A model generated the notes under the pieces. That model saw only the letters and a list, made by a program, of their open reading frames with translations. It was not told the DNA's origin and ran no database searches. A stretch of DNA of 64,000 bases from Candidatus Anstonella stagnisolia. Its GTDB lineage: Archaea; Micrarchaeota; Micrarchaeia; Anstonellales; Anstonellaceae. The translations under genes and the position numbers were made by a program. Of the stretch, positions 18,902-29,023 are shown piece after piece. Each line of letters starts with the position of its first letter. Position 1 is the first letter of the stretch. The stretch lies in assembly GCA_902384585.1 (NCBI GenBank), contig CABMCJ010000002.1:88629-152628 (forward strand), written 5' to 3'.

Positions 18902-19525
18902 CTAGCTGCTCTTTATCTCCTTCACTGTAATTTTGAAGATGAGCGTTTCGCCTGCAAGCGGGTGGTTGAAATCTATTAGGGCGTCCGTGCCGTTTATGCC
19001 GGATATTATGCCACGTGCGCCGCTTGGGGTGTATACGAAACCTCCGATTGTTACGTTCCTGCCATCAGACTGTATGTTTGCGAGCGGGACTGCGATTACG
19101 CGGGTCTTGTCCTTTTCCCCGTATGCCTGCGCGGGAGTGAGCGTGATTGTTTTTGTCTCGTTTATTTTCATTCCGATTACGCCCGCATCAAAGCCCGCAA
19201 TCATCTGCCCTGCGCCCACTGTGAAGGTGAGGGGCTCGTAGGAGTCGCGCAAGGCAAGGCCTCCTTTTGCAGCCTCTGCCTGTATGCTCGTGTCAAAGAG
19301 CGTGCCGTTTGGGAGAGTACCAATGTAGTCCACGGAAACAGTGTCGCCGCGCTTTACGAAAAGACTAGTGCCTGACGTGCCGGTTTTTCCGTTTGAGCCG
19401 GTTGAAATGTTCTTTTCATTGGTTGTAGTATTTGTTTTTCCTTTCATGTTTTCACCACTTGTGTTAGTATTTGTGCATCCGAACAGGAGAATTATTGCTA
19501 ATGCAATTGCGAACATCGCTTTCAT
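18902..19525 (-). CDS. FKBP-type peptidyl-prolyl isomerase (SlyD-like) with signal/lipobox-like N-terminus
   Basis: V.VDY.G, FDTS, G.MI.GFD, AYG, DFNHPLAG; LLFGC signal region. Confidence 0.93.
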   Translation of the reverse strand: MKAMFAIALAIILLFGCTNTNTSGENMKGKTNTTTNEKNISTGSNGKTGTSGTSLFVKRGDTVSVDYIGTLPNGTLFDTSIQAEAAKGGLALRDSYEPLTFTVGAGQMIAGFDAGVIGMKINETKTITLTPAQAYGEKDKTRVIAVPLANIQSDGRNVTIGGFVYTPSGARGIISGINGTDALIDFNHPLAGETLIFKITVKEIKSS

Positions 19526-19610
19526 GTTTTCACCTCATGAAAAATTTCCGCAGAAATTTTTCAGCTGTCGTAAATGCAATTTACGACTCAATAAAAAATA
19601 AAGAAAAAAA

Positions 19611-21656
19611 TTACAGGAAGAGCGGCGCAAGCACGAGCGTTACTGTTGCGAGCAGTTTTATGAGCACGTGCAAGGAAGGGCCTGCGGTGTCCTTGAAGGG
19701 ATCCCCAACCATGTCGCCCACCACTGCTGCCTTGTGCGCATCAGAGCCCTTTCCTCCGAGCACTCCGGTCTCAATGTATTTTTTCGCATTGTCCCATGCG
19801 CCTCCTGCGTTGTTTAGGAAGAGAGCCATTAGGATGCCTGCGATTGTGCCCACCATGAGGAAGGCTGCCATTGCCTCGTACTTTAGGAGGAAACCCACGC
19901 ATACTGGGAAAAGGATTGCGAGCAAGCCTGGGAGCACCATGTTCTTTAGGGCACCCAATGTTGTGATGTCCACGCACTTTGCGTAGTCCGGCTTTACTTT
20001 TCCCTCAAGTATTCCCTTGTTCTTGAACTGGCGGCGCACTTCCTCCACCATGTATTGCGCGGTTTTGCTTACTGCGCGTATTGCAAGGGAAGTGAAGAGG
20101 TATACGAGCATTGCGCCGAGCATTGCGCCAACAAAGACCTCTACCTTTGAGAGGTTCACTACGTTGAACACATGCCCTGTGAGCTGCGTTACCTCGTCCA
20201 TGTATGCGGAGAAGAGTAGGAATGCTGCTAGAGCTGCTGTGCCTATTGCATAGCCTTTTGTGAGCGCTTTTGTGGTATTCCCGACTGCATCAAGCCTGTC
20301 GGAATTTTTGCGCACAGATGCGGGCGCGCCGGACATCTCTATTATGCCGCCTGCATTGTCTGCGATTGGGCCGAAATTGTCCATTGCGAGCACATAAGCC
20401 GCTGTTGCAAGCATTCCGATTGTTGCGATTGCGGTTGCGTAGAGGCCCCCGTTTGCAACTCCGGAATTCGTGCCCAGCCAGAAGGAAACGAGCAACCCTA
20501 TTGCGATTGCGAGCACTGGGACTGCAACGCATTCAAAGCCGACTGAGATTCCCTGTATTATGTTTGTTGCTGCGCCTGTCCTGCTTGCCTCTGTTATTTC
20601 TTTTACAGGGCGGTATTTGTTGTCCGTGTAGTACTGAGTAATCCAGAGGAAGAGCACTGAGAGAACTATTCCTAGAAGAGATGCTGCATAGAAATACATA
20701 TTCCCATTGAGCAGCCAGCTTATTGCGAAATAGAAGAGCACTGCCGCGATTATGGCGGTTGCGTAGTATCCCCTGTTTAGAGCGCTCATGGGGTCTTCGT
20801 GCTCCTTGGGCTGCACAAAGAAAATCCCGAACATTGAGGCGAGCACACCGAGGGAGACTCCCACTAGCGGGAAGAGAACTCCGTTTGCTCCGAACGCAGA
20901 GAAAATCGCAACTCCAAGAATCATTGCGCCTATGTTTTCTGCTGCAGTGGATTCGAATAAGTCTGCACCCCTGCCTGCGCAGTCTCCTACGTTGTCTCCA
21001 ACTAAGTCTGCGATTACTGCTGGGTTTCTTGGGTCATCCTCTGGGATGTTTGCCTCTATTTTTCCTACCAAGTCAGCGCCTATGTCAGCGGCTTTTGTGT
21101 AAATTCCTCCTCCAAGCTGCGCGAAAAGAGCTACAAGGGAGGCTCCAAAGCCAAACCCTACTATAAGGTAAGGGGTGCTCTGCGGGTTTGCACCAAGAAG
21201 AACGTATGTGATGCTAACGCCGAGAAGGGAGAGGGACATTATGCAAAGTGCGCTCACTGCGCCTCCGTGCAGGGCGATTTTGGTTGCTTTTGCTGCACTT
21301 TCCCCGACTGCGGCTGCGGTTCTCAAATTCGCGCGCACTGAAACGTACATGCCTACAATGCCTGCGATTGCGGAGCAGAATGCGCCGAAAAGGAACGCGA
21401 GCGAGGTTGTGAGCGCGAGGTTGCCCTTGCCCATGAACACGTAGAGTGCGTAGAGCACTACTGCTATAATGAGCGAAATTATTGCGATTGTTGTGTATTG
21501 GCGCTTTATGAACGCCTCTGCGCCTTCCCTTATTGCATCAGAGACTTCCTGCATCTTTGCGGTCCCCTTGTCCTGCTTAAGGGTGGAGCGGGCAAAATAT
21601 GCGGCGAGTGCGAGCGCCAAAATGCATATGCCGAATACTAGCATTAACGGTTCCAG
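19611..21656 (-). CDS. hppA: Membrane-bound ion-pumping pyrophosphatase, K+-independent type
   Basis: GGIYTKAADIGADLVGK.E, EDDPRN, DNVGD, GNTTK (Lys marks K+-independence), GDPFKDT; start CTG 21656 or ATG 21644. Confidence 0.96.
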   Translation of the reverse strand: MEPLMLVFGICILALALAAYFARSTLKQDKGTAKMQEVSDAIREGAEAFIKRQYTTIAIISLIIAVVLYALYVFMGKGNLALTTSLAFLFGAFCSAIAGIVGMYVSVRANLRTAAAVGESAAKATKIALHGGAVSALCIMSLSLLGVSITYVLLGANPQSTPYLIVGFGFGASLVALFAQLGGGIYTKAADIGADLVGKIEANIPEDDPRNPAVIADLVGDNVGDCAGRGADLFESTAAENIGAMILGVAIFSAFGANGVLFPLVGVSLGVLASMFGIFFVQPKEHEDPMSALNRGYYATAIIAAVLFYFAISWLLNGNMYFYAASLLGIVLSVLFLWITQYYTDNKYRPVKEITEASRTGAATNIIQGISVGFECVAVPVLAIAIGLLVSFWLGTNSGVANGGLYATAIATIGMLATAAYVLAMDNFGPIADNAGGIIEMSGAPASVRKNSDRLDAVGNTTKALTKGYAIGTAALAAFLLFSAYMDEVTQLTGHVFNVVNLSKVEVFVGAMLGAMLVYLFTSLAIRAVSKTAQYMVEEVRRQFKNKGILEGKVKPDYAKCVDITTLGALKNMVLPGLLAILFPVCVGFLLKYEAMAAFLMVGTIAGILMALFLNNAGGAWDNAKKYIETGVLGGKGSDAHKAAVVGDMVGDPFKDTAGPSLHVLIKLLATVTLVLAPLFL

Positions 21657-21806
21657 AATATCACCTTCCCAAGTTAAACTTTATCTCGTAATTTCAGTAA
21701 AAAAGTATATAAAGGGTTTGCCGATTTTTGCTCTTTTTCGGCGATTGGATAGGTTTATATATAAGATGTGGTATAATATAGTTCAGTATGTTTTTAAGGT
21801 GTAAAA

Positions 21807-22661
21807 ATGAGCTTAGCTAATATAGAAAAAAGCGTTGCAGGTGCGGTAGGTAGAGCTGATGCCGCCCGCAAACCTGGAATTTTCAAAAGAATGCTTGAGC
21901 CAAAAGCATACAGTGCGGCCCAAGCATATGAGATGGGAATTGGAAGGTTGCTGAAACCCGGAGAAAATCAAACCCTTGAGAGAGAGGTTGCACAGGTGGC
22001 AAAAAAGATGGGTTTGGTGCAACCACCTGCAATAATGGTAGATGCCGGCGGCAGCTTTTTCGAGATGATTTTGGGCGTAACTAATACGGCAGCAGCGTCA
22101 GACCAGCTCAGGGTGCACGAAAATGGCAGTGTTTCGTTTCAGCTTGTAAAAAAGACGCCGGGGGCACTCATTGTTTATGATGATGCATACGAGCTTGAGG
22201 CACCGGAGAGAAAGTTCGCCATTGCACATGAGTTGGCCCATATTAAGAACAGGGACGGCAAATTCAGAGCAATTGTAAACAAAATTGCTGAGTGCACCAT
22301 TGTTCCTGCTGCTGCAGCATATATCTTCCCCTTTTTTGCAAATTATGCGATAGGTATGGCCAAGCTGGCTGCGCATCACTCGTTAACATTATTGCTTGCA
22401 CCTGTATATTTCTTTCAGGAATACAGGGCGGACAGGATGGCTGTAGCGGTTACCGGAGATCCGATGGCAGGAATTTCGTTTATGTCGACTGCGTCGTCAC
22501 AAGGACGAAAGCATGCAGATAATAGATTAATGGAATTTCTGAAAGTTATAGGACCGCGTCGTTACATTGGTTTTATCCTGAATTTGAACCTTAGCCACGG
22601 AATATTCCCTGCACATCCATCATATCAGAAAAGGATAGAAAGGCTTGAGGAACTTGCGTAG
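21807..22661 (+). CDS. M48/HtpX-like zinc metallopeptidase with N-terminal extension
   Basis: AHELAHIKN.D, EYRAD, HPS...RI..L. Confidence 0.85.
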   Translation: MSLANIEKSVAGAVGRADAARKPGIFKRMLEPKAYSAAQAYEMGIGRLLKPGENQTLEREVAQVAKKMGLVQPPAIMVDAGGSFFEMILGVTNTAAASDQLRVHENGSVSFQLVKKTPGALIVYDDAYELEAPERKFAIAHELAHIKNRDGKFRAIVNKIAECTIVPAAAAYIFPFFANYAIGMAKLAAHHSLTLLLAPVYFFQEYRADRMAVAVTGDPMAGISFMSTASSQGRKHADNRLMEFLKVIGPRRYIGFILNLNLSHGIFPAHPSYQKRIERLEELA

Positions 22662-22687
22662 AGGACGGAAGAGGAGCAGAAAACAAA

Positions 22688-23296
22688 TCAGTAAATTTTC
22701 CAGCCGCCTGTTTTTTTGTATAGATACCCGTACGCAAGCCCGCCAAGAAGCCCTCCGATGTGCGCCAAGTTCCCTACTGTGGAAGTTGGGCTGAACACCC
22801 CAAGCAAGTCAAGGAAGAACCAGACAAAAACCGCCATGTACATGGGCATGGGAATGAACCAGACATAGAGCTGCATGTTGGGGCGAAGTACAGCGAGTGT
22901 GCCTAGGACGCCCATAAGCGCGCCGGATGCACCGAGTGCTGGGAGGGGCGCAGTTATGCCGAAATATATTCCTGCAAGGTAAAGGAGACCGCCAAGAATT
23001 CCGGTTCCAAAATACACTTCTAAGAATTTCCTTCCCCCTATAAGCTGCTCAAGAAGGGGGCCGAACATAATGAGAGTGAAGCCGTTGAAGAAAATGTGCG
23101 TTAAGCTTCCGTGCAGGAACATTGAGGTTACAAGCTGCCATGGGGCAGAGAGAACTGTTTTGGGGTTGAGGTAAAACGTTTCTGTGAAGCCGGGGATTGC
23201 AAGCTGCAAAATGAACACTATGCCTATTGCTGCGAGAAGGTAAGTTGTATAACTCGTTTGTTGTTGCACGCGCGAATAAGGATAGTAGTATTGCAT
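22688..23296 (-). CDS. Rhomboid intramembrane serine protease
   Basis: PWQLVTSMFLH, H..FN, GASG, AH.GG..GG. Confidence 0.95.
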   Translation of the reverse strand: MQYYYPYSRVQQQTSYTTYLLAAIGIVFILQLAIPGFTETFYLNPKTVLSAPWQLVTSMFLHGSLTHIFFNGFTLIMFGPLLEQLIGGRKFLEVYFGTGILGGLLYLAGIYFGITAPLPALGASGALMGVLGTLAVLRPNMQLYVWFIPMPMYMAVFVWFFLDLLGVFSPTSTVGNLAHIGGLLGGLAYGYLYKKTGGWKIY

Positions 23297-23362
23297 GTGT
23301 GGGTTTGGGGATATATGTTTTAAAATGTTAGATGCGCATATGTGTTATAGTGGGTGGTAAGA

Positions 23363-24706
23363 ATGCTTAATAGTAAAGTGGTTAGCACGGGAAATGCTTC
23401 TTTTGAAAGTGCAGGCAGGGGCACAATACAACCTAGCAGGAGCGGGCTTTGCGAGCAGCGGGCGAATGGCGGGGCAGTGTTTGGTGCGCGTCCGGGCATT
23501 GTTGCGGTAAGTGATGTTAGGCAGAGCGAGGCACGCGCACCTATTGCAAAAAGGGGGAAAGAACCTGCAGGAAAGAATGCACATTCTTCTTTGCTCGGGT
23601 TTGTTGCAAGCCCCTTAGTCTTGCTGAAGGACGGGGTGCAATGGGTTGCGGATGAGTATTGCGTAAGGAAAAGTTATGTTGCAGGCAGGACTGCGCAGGA
23701 TGCGGTTGATGTTGCGCGGGAACTGCAGAAAAGGGAAGTGAGTTCTATTTTCAATTGCCTTGGGGAGCATTCAAAGGCAGAGGCAGACGTGGAGAAGACT
23801 GTGGAGGAATACTTGGAACTTGTAGGGCTGGCAAGCAAAGGGGGAATCGGGCAGGCAACGCTTGCAATACGTCCTTCTGCGTTTGGTGCGGACGTAAGCA
23901 GGGAGGATCGGTGGGAGTACTGTTATGAGAATATGCGGACGGTTGTTGAGGCTGCAAAGAGAGAGGGCTATTTGGTGTGCATAGACATGGAAAACCTTAG
24001 TTATTGCGACAAAACCCTTGAAATACACAGAAGGCTGCAGGAGAAATTCGGGAACGTAAGCACAGTGCTGCAGGCAAATGTTAAGCGCTCAATGCAGGAT
24101 TTGCTTGCGATTTTGGAAAATCCCGCACTTGCAAAAATTGGAACAAGGCTCGTAAGGGGAATATATGAGGAGGATGAAAGCGTGTCGTACAAGGGGCACG
24201 AAAGGATACACGGGAATTATAGTGAAATGATGAGGGCGGCATTTGAAAAGGGCCCGAAGGGCGCGCATATAATAGTCGGGACGCACCATGAGGGAAGGGT
24301 TTTGGATGCCCTGCGCCTGTGGGCAAAGCATCCGGACAAGACGCTTGAAATACAGATGCTACGGGGCATAAAGGAGGATTTGGCAGAACTTTTGATAAGG
24401 GCAGGCAAAATAATGGGATTTGGGGTATCGCTTTATGTGCCGCATGGAAGGCATCCGGCGCCTTATGTGCTAAGGCGCATGGGAAAATCCCCCTCGTTTG
24501 CGCAGATGGGGGTGGCGAACACCGTTAGCGGGCTTCCAAAGCCAATTCAGGCAGTAGTGCTGCATGCGACCCATCTTATATTCAACGGGGTTTACCGCAT
24601 TGTTACGGGCAAGAAGCTCAAAATAGAAGCGGCACCGGGCACAGAGGAAGAAAAGAGGCAGCTTTACCTGCTTCTGCAGGAAAAGGGAGTGCAGGTTCCG
24701 GCTTAG
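23363..24706 (+). CDS. Proline dehydrogenase-family protein with ~90-aa N-terminal extension, divergent
   Basis: YVAG, LGE, IDME, LQA, RLVRGIY, GTH, QML.G, YVP.G, Y..RR. Confidence 0.8.
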   Translation: MLNSKVVSTGNASFESAGRGTIQPSRSGLCEQRANGGAVFGARPGIVAVSDVRQSEARAPIAKRGKEPAGKNAHSSLLGFVASPLVLLKDGVQWVADEYCVRKSYVAGRTAQDAVDVARELQKREVSSIFNCLGEHSKAEADVEKTVEEYLELVGLASKGGIGQATLAIRPSAFGADVSREDRWEYCYENMRTVVEAAKREGYLVCIDMENLSYCDKTLEIHRRLQEKFGNVSTVLQANVKRSMQDLLAILENPALAKIGTRLVRGIYEEDESVSYKGHERIHGNYSEMMRAAFEKGPKGAHIIVGTHHEGRVLDALRLWAKHPDKTLEIQMLRGIKEDLAELLIRAGKIMGFGVSLYVPHGRHPAPYVLRRMGKSPSFAQMGVANTVSGLPKPIQAVVLHATHLIFNGVYRIVTGKKLKIEAAPGTEEEKRQLYLLLQEKGVQVPA

Positions 24707-25671
24707 AACCCGGCTTCCCCAAACTGCAGGAAGAATATGCAGAAGATGTAGAATGCGTAGAGCGCAAGCATGAGAGCGCCCTCAAATTTCCCGAACTTCT
24801 TTTTAACTGCCGCAATGTACAGGAAAACAACGTTTGCTACTATGGAGAAGAGAAGCGCTGCCATGAAGACTTTTAGCTGCACGGATATGGGGCTTATCAC
24901 CGCGCCTATGCCAAGCACGAGCGTGAGGTTTGCAACGCAGCTGCCTATCGCATCCCCCAGCGCAAGCCCGTACTGCTTTTTGCGTATTGCAGCAAGCGCG
25001 ATTGAGATTTCAGGAAGGGAGGTGCCCACTGCGATTATGGTTGCGCCCATGAAGCTTTCGCTGAGCCCAAGCCCCTCCGCAAGCTGCAGGGAGGAGGCGA
25101 CCACTATCATTGAGCTAAGCACTACTGCGACAAGGCTTATTGCAAAAAGCAGGAAGTATATCGCGCCGTCGCGCACGTCCAGTTTTTTGGAACTCTCATA
25201 AGCGGGCATTTCGTCCTTGCTTGCGGACTGCGTCATGTACCAGCCTGCGACCGCGAGCAGGAGGAGCCCTTCGAAAAGCCCAAGGGTGCTGCCTGCGACC
25301 TGCGAGCGGAAGATAATGTATATTGTGATTAGGGTGGAGAGGAGAAGGACGAGCGCGATTTCCTTGAGGTTTTTGCGGCTTACCGGGAAGCCGTAAAGGT
25401 ATGCGCCTGCGCCGAGTATTACGAGGATGTTTGCAATGTTTGCGCCAAACACGTTGCCTGCCGCAAGCGCCCCTTCTTTGGCGGTTGAGGAGATTATGGA
25501 AATTGCGACTTCAGGAAGCGAGGTTGCGAGAGCGATGAAGAGAAAGCCCATCCCTACCTGCCCTATCTTGAGCATCCTTGCGAGCTTTGCGGCATTCTCA
25601 ACTACCAGTGAGGAGGACCTTGCAAGTATGTAGAGGAAGAGAAGCAGGAGTATGAAGGGGATTTCAAGCAT
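24703..25671 (-). CDS. Sodium/calcium antiporter (CaCA, YrbG-like)
   Basis: Two alpha repeats ATSLPE...GNVFGANIAN and GTSLPE...GDAIGS. Confidence 0.93.
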   Translation of the reverse strand: MLEIPFILLLLFLYILARSSSLVVENAAKLARMLKIGQVGMGFLFIALATSLPEVAISIISSTAKEGALAAGNVFGANIANILVILGAGAYLYGFPVSRKNLKEIALVLLLSTLITIYIIFRSQVAGSTLGLFEGLLLLAVAGWYMTQSASKDEMPAYESSKKLDVRDGAIYFLLFAISLVAVVLSSMIVVASSLQLAEGLGLSESFMGATIIAVGTSLPEISIALAAIRKKQYGLALGDAIGSCVANLTLVLGIGAVISPISVQLKVFMAALLFSIVANVVFLYIAAVKKKFGKFEGALMLALYAFYIFCIFFLQFGEAGF

Positions 25672-25788
25672 GCAAAACTAATGCAAGAAAGGTATTTAGT
25701 GCTTGCTATGCGGGCTGTTTTTATGCCGGAAAGCGGCTGCTGCGGGCGCCAATGCCAGGCGTGAAGGAAGGCTGGGCGCAAGCTTGCT

Positions 25789-26538
25789 TTAGGCAGGGAG
25801 GATTGCTGCGATGAGGCATATTATGCCCGCGCCCACGAGCACGAAAAAGAGCTGCAATGCGAGGTGCCTTATGTCATGGTGCTTGGAGATTTCCGGGAAA
25901 AGGTCGGAAGTTGAAATGTAAATGAGGCTGCCTGCTGCAAGCGCGGTCGCATACGGGATAAGGCCTTCAAAGGAGGAGAGGAAGAAAAAGCCCGCGAGAG
26001 TGCCGATTATTGCGGTTGTTGCGGAAAGGAAATTGTACAGGAGCGCGGTGTTTTTCCGAAAGCCCGCGTTGAGGAGGACTGCGAAGTCCCCAAGCTCCTG
26101 CGGTATTTCGTGCGCTATTATTGCGATTGTGGTGACTATCCCTACAGGGACGCTCACAAGGTATGCGGACGCGATAATTATGCCGTCAAGGAAATTATGC
26201 ACCCCGTCCCCAACTAAATTCATGTACCCCACGGATTTCTTTGAGTATACGTTGCACTTTGAAATCTGGCAGTGGTGCCAGTGCATGAAGGATTCTATGA
26301 AGAGGAAGAGGATTATGCCGCCGAAAACGAAAAAGGGCGCTGCCTTTGGGGCGCCTGCGAGGGCTTCTGGGAGAAGGTCAAAGAAAGCTGCCGCAAGCAT
26401 GGAGCCTGCCGCAAAGCTCACCAGGATGAGGAGCGTTTCGTGCGAAATTTTGCTCTTGAAAAAGAAAAGGAGCACGCCCACCAGGGAGATGAGGCTCACT
26501 ATGAATACGGATGCGAGCGCGTACAGGAAATTGTCCAT
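25789..26538 (-). CDS. ZIP-family metal transporter
   Basis: HNFLDG, HEIPQELGDF, HWHH loop. Confidence 0.95.
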   Translation of the reverse strand: MDNFLYALASVFIVSLISLVGVLLFFFKSKISHETLLILVSFAAGSMLAAAFFDLLPEALAGAPKAAPFFVFGGIILFLFIESFMHWHHCQISKCNVYSKKSVGYMNLVGDGVHNFLDGIIIASAYLVSVPVGIVTTIAIIAHEIPQELGDFAVLLNAGFRKNTALLYNFLSATTAIIGTLAGFFFLSSFEGLIPYATALAAGSLIYISTSDLFPEISKHHDIRHLALQLFFVLVGAGIICLIAAILPA

Positions 26539-26689
26539 GCAGGGAATTGCGCGGGTAAGTTAATAAGAGATTTGAGCAAAGTTGATAAGTTTGGGCTCAT
26601 TTTTGGTGCGAAATTATTAAGCCGCGGGAATTTCATATGTGTTGCCAGAAAGGTTTATATATGGGCTTGAATAGAATTAATGTGATATT

Positions 26690-27370
26690 ATGGGGACAGA
26701 ATCCGAAGGCTCGGAAAAAGGGGCAAGCATGTTCGAATGGATAGCACGGGCGTATTCAGGCAGGGTTGCAGTGCCATCGTTGGCAGCAACTGCGGCTAAT
26801 TTGTATGGCGTACTTAAAATTATGGATGCGGGCGCTGCCCTGAGCAGGGTTTTGATGGTTGGCGATATCGCGCCAACGCTTTTTGTGATTGGAAGGGAAT
26901 TGGAAATCTTGGGGACGTTGGTTTTCGGGATTGGGCTTGTGACCGTCAGGGGAATCAGCAAGAAAACTGCGGAAGCATATGAATGCGTAAAAACATCAAA
27001 CTGTGTGCTGCAGGCGCAGCCTCAGGCCCAGGCAGTTCTGGAGCACGTTGCAAAATCAGCCAAATCCTTAAGGATATTCGGGTTATGCATTGCGTCGGGC
27101 ATTTTGCTTAACATAAGCAGCTGTGTGGTTGACATGTGCGCACCGCAAGTTGAATTTCGCATAATAAAGCCTGAAAAAGAAGAGCAGAAAGAAGAAAAAA
27201 TTAAGGAACAGCAGAATAATGCAAAAAATATCCTGACGGGCATGGAACAGAAGGAGGGCGGGAAGAAAATGGAAATTTTGAGGGCGAGGAAAGCCGCTTT
27301 TGAAAAATATGCCGGGGAGCGCTATCCGCAACGCCCTTATGTGCAGAGAATGCAAGCACAGAGAATTTAG
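26690..27370 (+). CDS. Hypothetical membrane protein
   Basis: Own TTTATATA promoter; about 3 hydrophobic segments and a charged C-terminus. Confidence 0.6.
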   Translation: MGTESEGSEKGASMFEWIARAYSGRVAVPSLAATAANLYGVLKIMDAGAALSRVLMVGDIAPTLFVIGRELEILGTLVFGIGLVTVRGISKKTAEAYECVKTSNCVLQAQPQAQAVLEHVAKSAKSLRIFGLCIASGILLNISSCVVDMCAPQVEFRIIKPEKEEQKEEKIKEQQNNAKNILTGMEQKEGGKKMEILRARKAAFEKYAGERYPQRPYVQRMQAQRI

Positions 27371-27371
27371 G

Positions 27372-28136
27372 TCAATTTTCTATTGAGTGCCTTATTTTTT
27401 CCTGCAATTTCTGCGCACCCATCCATATTCTTGGGGAGGGGCGGTTCAGGAAGGTATCATCAAGGGAGAAAATTTTGTTGTTTTGGACTGCTGCGAGAGA
27501 GCCCCATCCGCTTCTTTTTGCAACTGACGGGATGTCGCTTCTCTCCCCAAAGCCGCACCAGTGGAGAACTATTAGGTCGGGGTTGAAGGAAGAAAGCTCA
27601 AGAAGATTTGTGGGATAGCTGAAAATTCCTGCGCGCGAGAAGGGGATGCCGCCTGCGGTTTGCACGAGTTCGGGCACCCAGTTTGCGGATGCAAAGGGAG
27701 GGGAATTGAACTCCTCGCAGTAAATTTTTGGGTGCGAGGGAAAGCCTGAGGATGCGGACTTTATTTGGGCGAGTTTTGCTTTCATTTCAGAGATTACGGT
27801 TTTTGCGTCCTCTTCCTTCTGTACTATGCTTCCTATTTTTTCTATGCTCTTGTAAATTCCTTCAAGGGAAGTCGGGCATACGGAAAGGAGAGGGATGCTT
27901 TTTTCTGCTGCCCATTTCTCAAGGGCAGGGGGAACGTACATTGAGGCGAGAAGCAGGTTGGGCTTGAGTTTTTCCATTGTGGAAAAATCGTGCGAGGATG
28001 TCCAGCTGCCTATTTTGGGAAGCTTTTTTGCAGCTGGGGGAAAATCGCACAAATGCGTTACGCCTGCGAGAGAAGATTGCGCGCCCAATGCAAAAAGTAT
28101 TTCCGTGTTGCTTGGGGCAAGGGAAATTATGCGCAT
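27372..28136 (-). CDS. BtuF-like cobalamin/Fe-siderophore binding protein, no signal peptide
   Basis: RIISLAPSNTEILFALG, C.FP, AGG, RP.PR. Confidence 0.88.
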   Translation of the reverse strand: MRIISLAPSNTEILFALGAQSSLAGVTHLCDFPPAAKKLPKIGSWTSSHDFSTMEKLKPNLLLASMYVPPALEKWAAEKSIPLLSVCPTSLEGIYKSIEKIGSIVQKEEDAKTVISEMKAKLAQIKSASSGFPSHPKIYCEEFNSPPFASANWVPELVQTAGGIPFSRAGIFSYPTNLLELSSFNPDLIVLHWCGFGERSDIPSVAKRSGWGSLAAVQNNKIFSLDDTFLNRPSPRIWMGAQKLQEKIRHSIEN

Positions 28137-28243
28137 GGGAGGAAAAGGCACAAGAAACTTTTATGCGTTTGCAGGGAGTACAAGCGTTATATTATATAAA
28201 CTTCTATGCATAAACACTAAATACCAAATTAGTGGGGGAGGAT

Positions 28244-29023
28244 ATGGGCATTGTTGCACCTTCAGCGATTGCAATGCGAAAGCCGGTAGTTGTATCCATG
28301 CCTTTTGGAAAGGAGAGGGTGCATTTGGCGGTTTTGAGGAGCTGGAGGGAGGGTGCGCGCTTTTTTGAAATGCCGCTTCTTCTTGAGGGGATAAATCTGG
28401 AACTAGGGATTAATGCGAAATTGCTCAGCCCGTGCGCTGCGCAGGAGCTTGCAGACGTGAACAAAAGCGGCAAATGGAAGGAATTTGGGGATGCAAACAA
28501 ATGGCAGGACTTTTGGTATTTGGGTTTTCCTGCTGCAACAGGCACGTTGGTTGCGCATGGGAAAGCGGTTATGGAGGACAGAGGGCACGGGATACGGGTG
28601 GTTTCTGATAGGCTTGCGCTTGGAAGCCCTATTTCAAATCTGCAAGAAGGGAACCACGTAGAAATGGTTGTGCCTGGGGAATATAGGCTGAAAAAAGGCG
28701 TGCTTGTTGCAAGGGAGATTGAGGGCAGGTGTTTTGCAAGCGCAGGGAAAGGAATATTGATTACTGTCCCATCCGACAAATTGGAGTACGTTGAGCGCGG
28801 TTCGCATAATCTTGTGGAGAGGGTTCCTGCGCATCTTCTTTCATGCAAGGAGGATGTGGAGGTTAAGCTTGCGGCAGAGGCAAACATAAGCCCGATTGGG
28901 CTTGTGCAGGTTGCAGGGCCGGTGATAAGATTGCTCAAATTGGCGGCTGATTTTTCTGCAGGGTTCCGCTTTGCGCTTGTTGTGCAGGTTGGGGAAGAAG
29001 ATGCGAAAGTGCTGAGAAACTGA
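28244..29023 (+). CDS. Hypothetical protein
   Basis: GGAGG SD, AT-rich promoter, 259 codons filling the gap. Confidence 0.65.
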   Translation: MGIVAPSAIAMRKPVVVSMPFGKERVHLAVLRSWREGARFFEMPLLLEGINLELGINAKLLSPCAAQELADVNKSGKWKEFGDANKWQDFWYLGFPAATGTLVAHGKAVMEDRGHGIRVVSDRLALGSPISNLQEGNHVEMVVPGEYRLKKGVLVAREIEGRCFASAGKGILITVPSDKLEYVERGSHNLVERVPAHLLSCKEDVEVKLAAEANISPIGLVQVAGPVIRLLKLAADFSAGFRFALVVQVGEEDAKVLRN

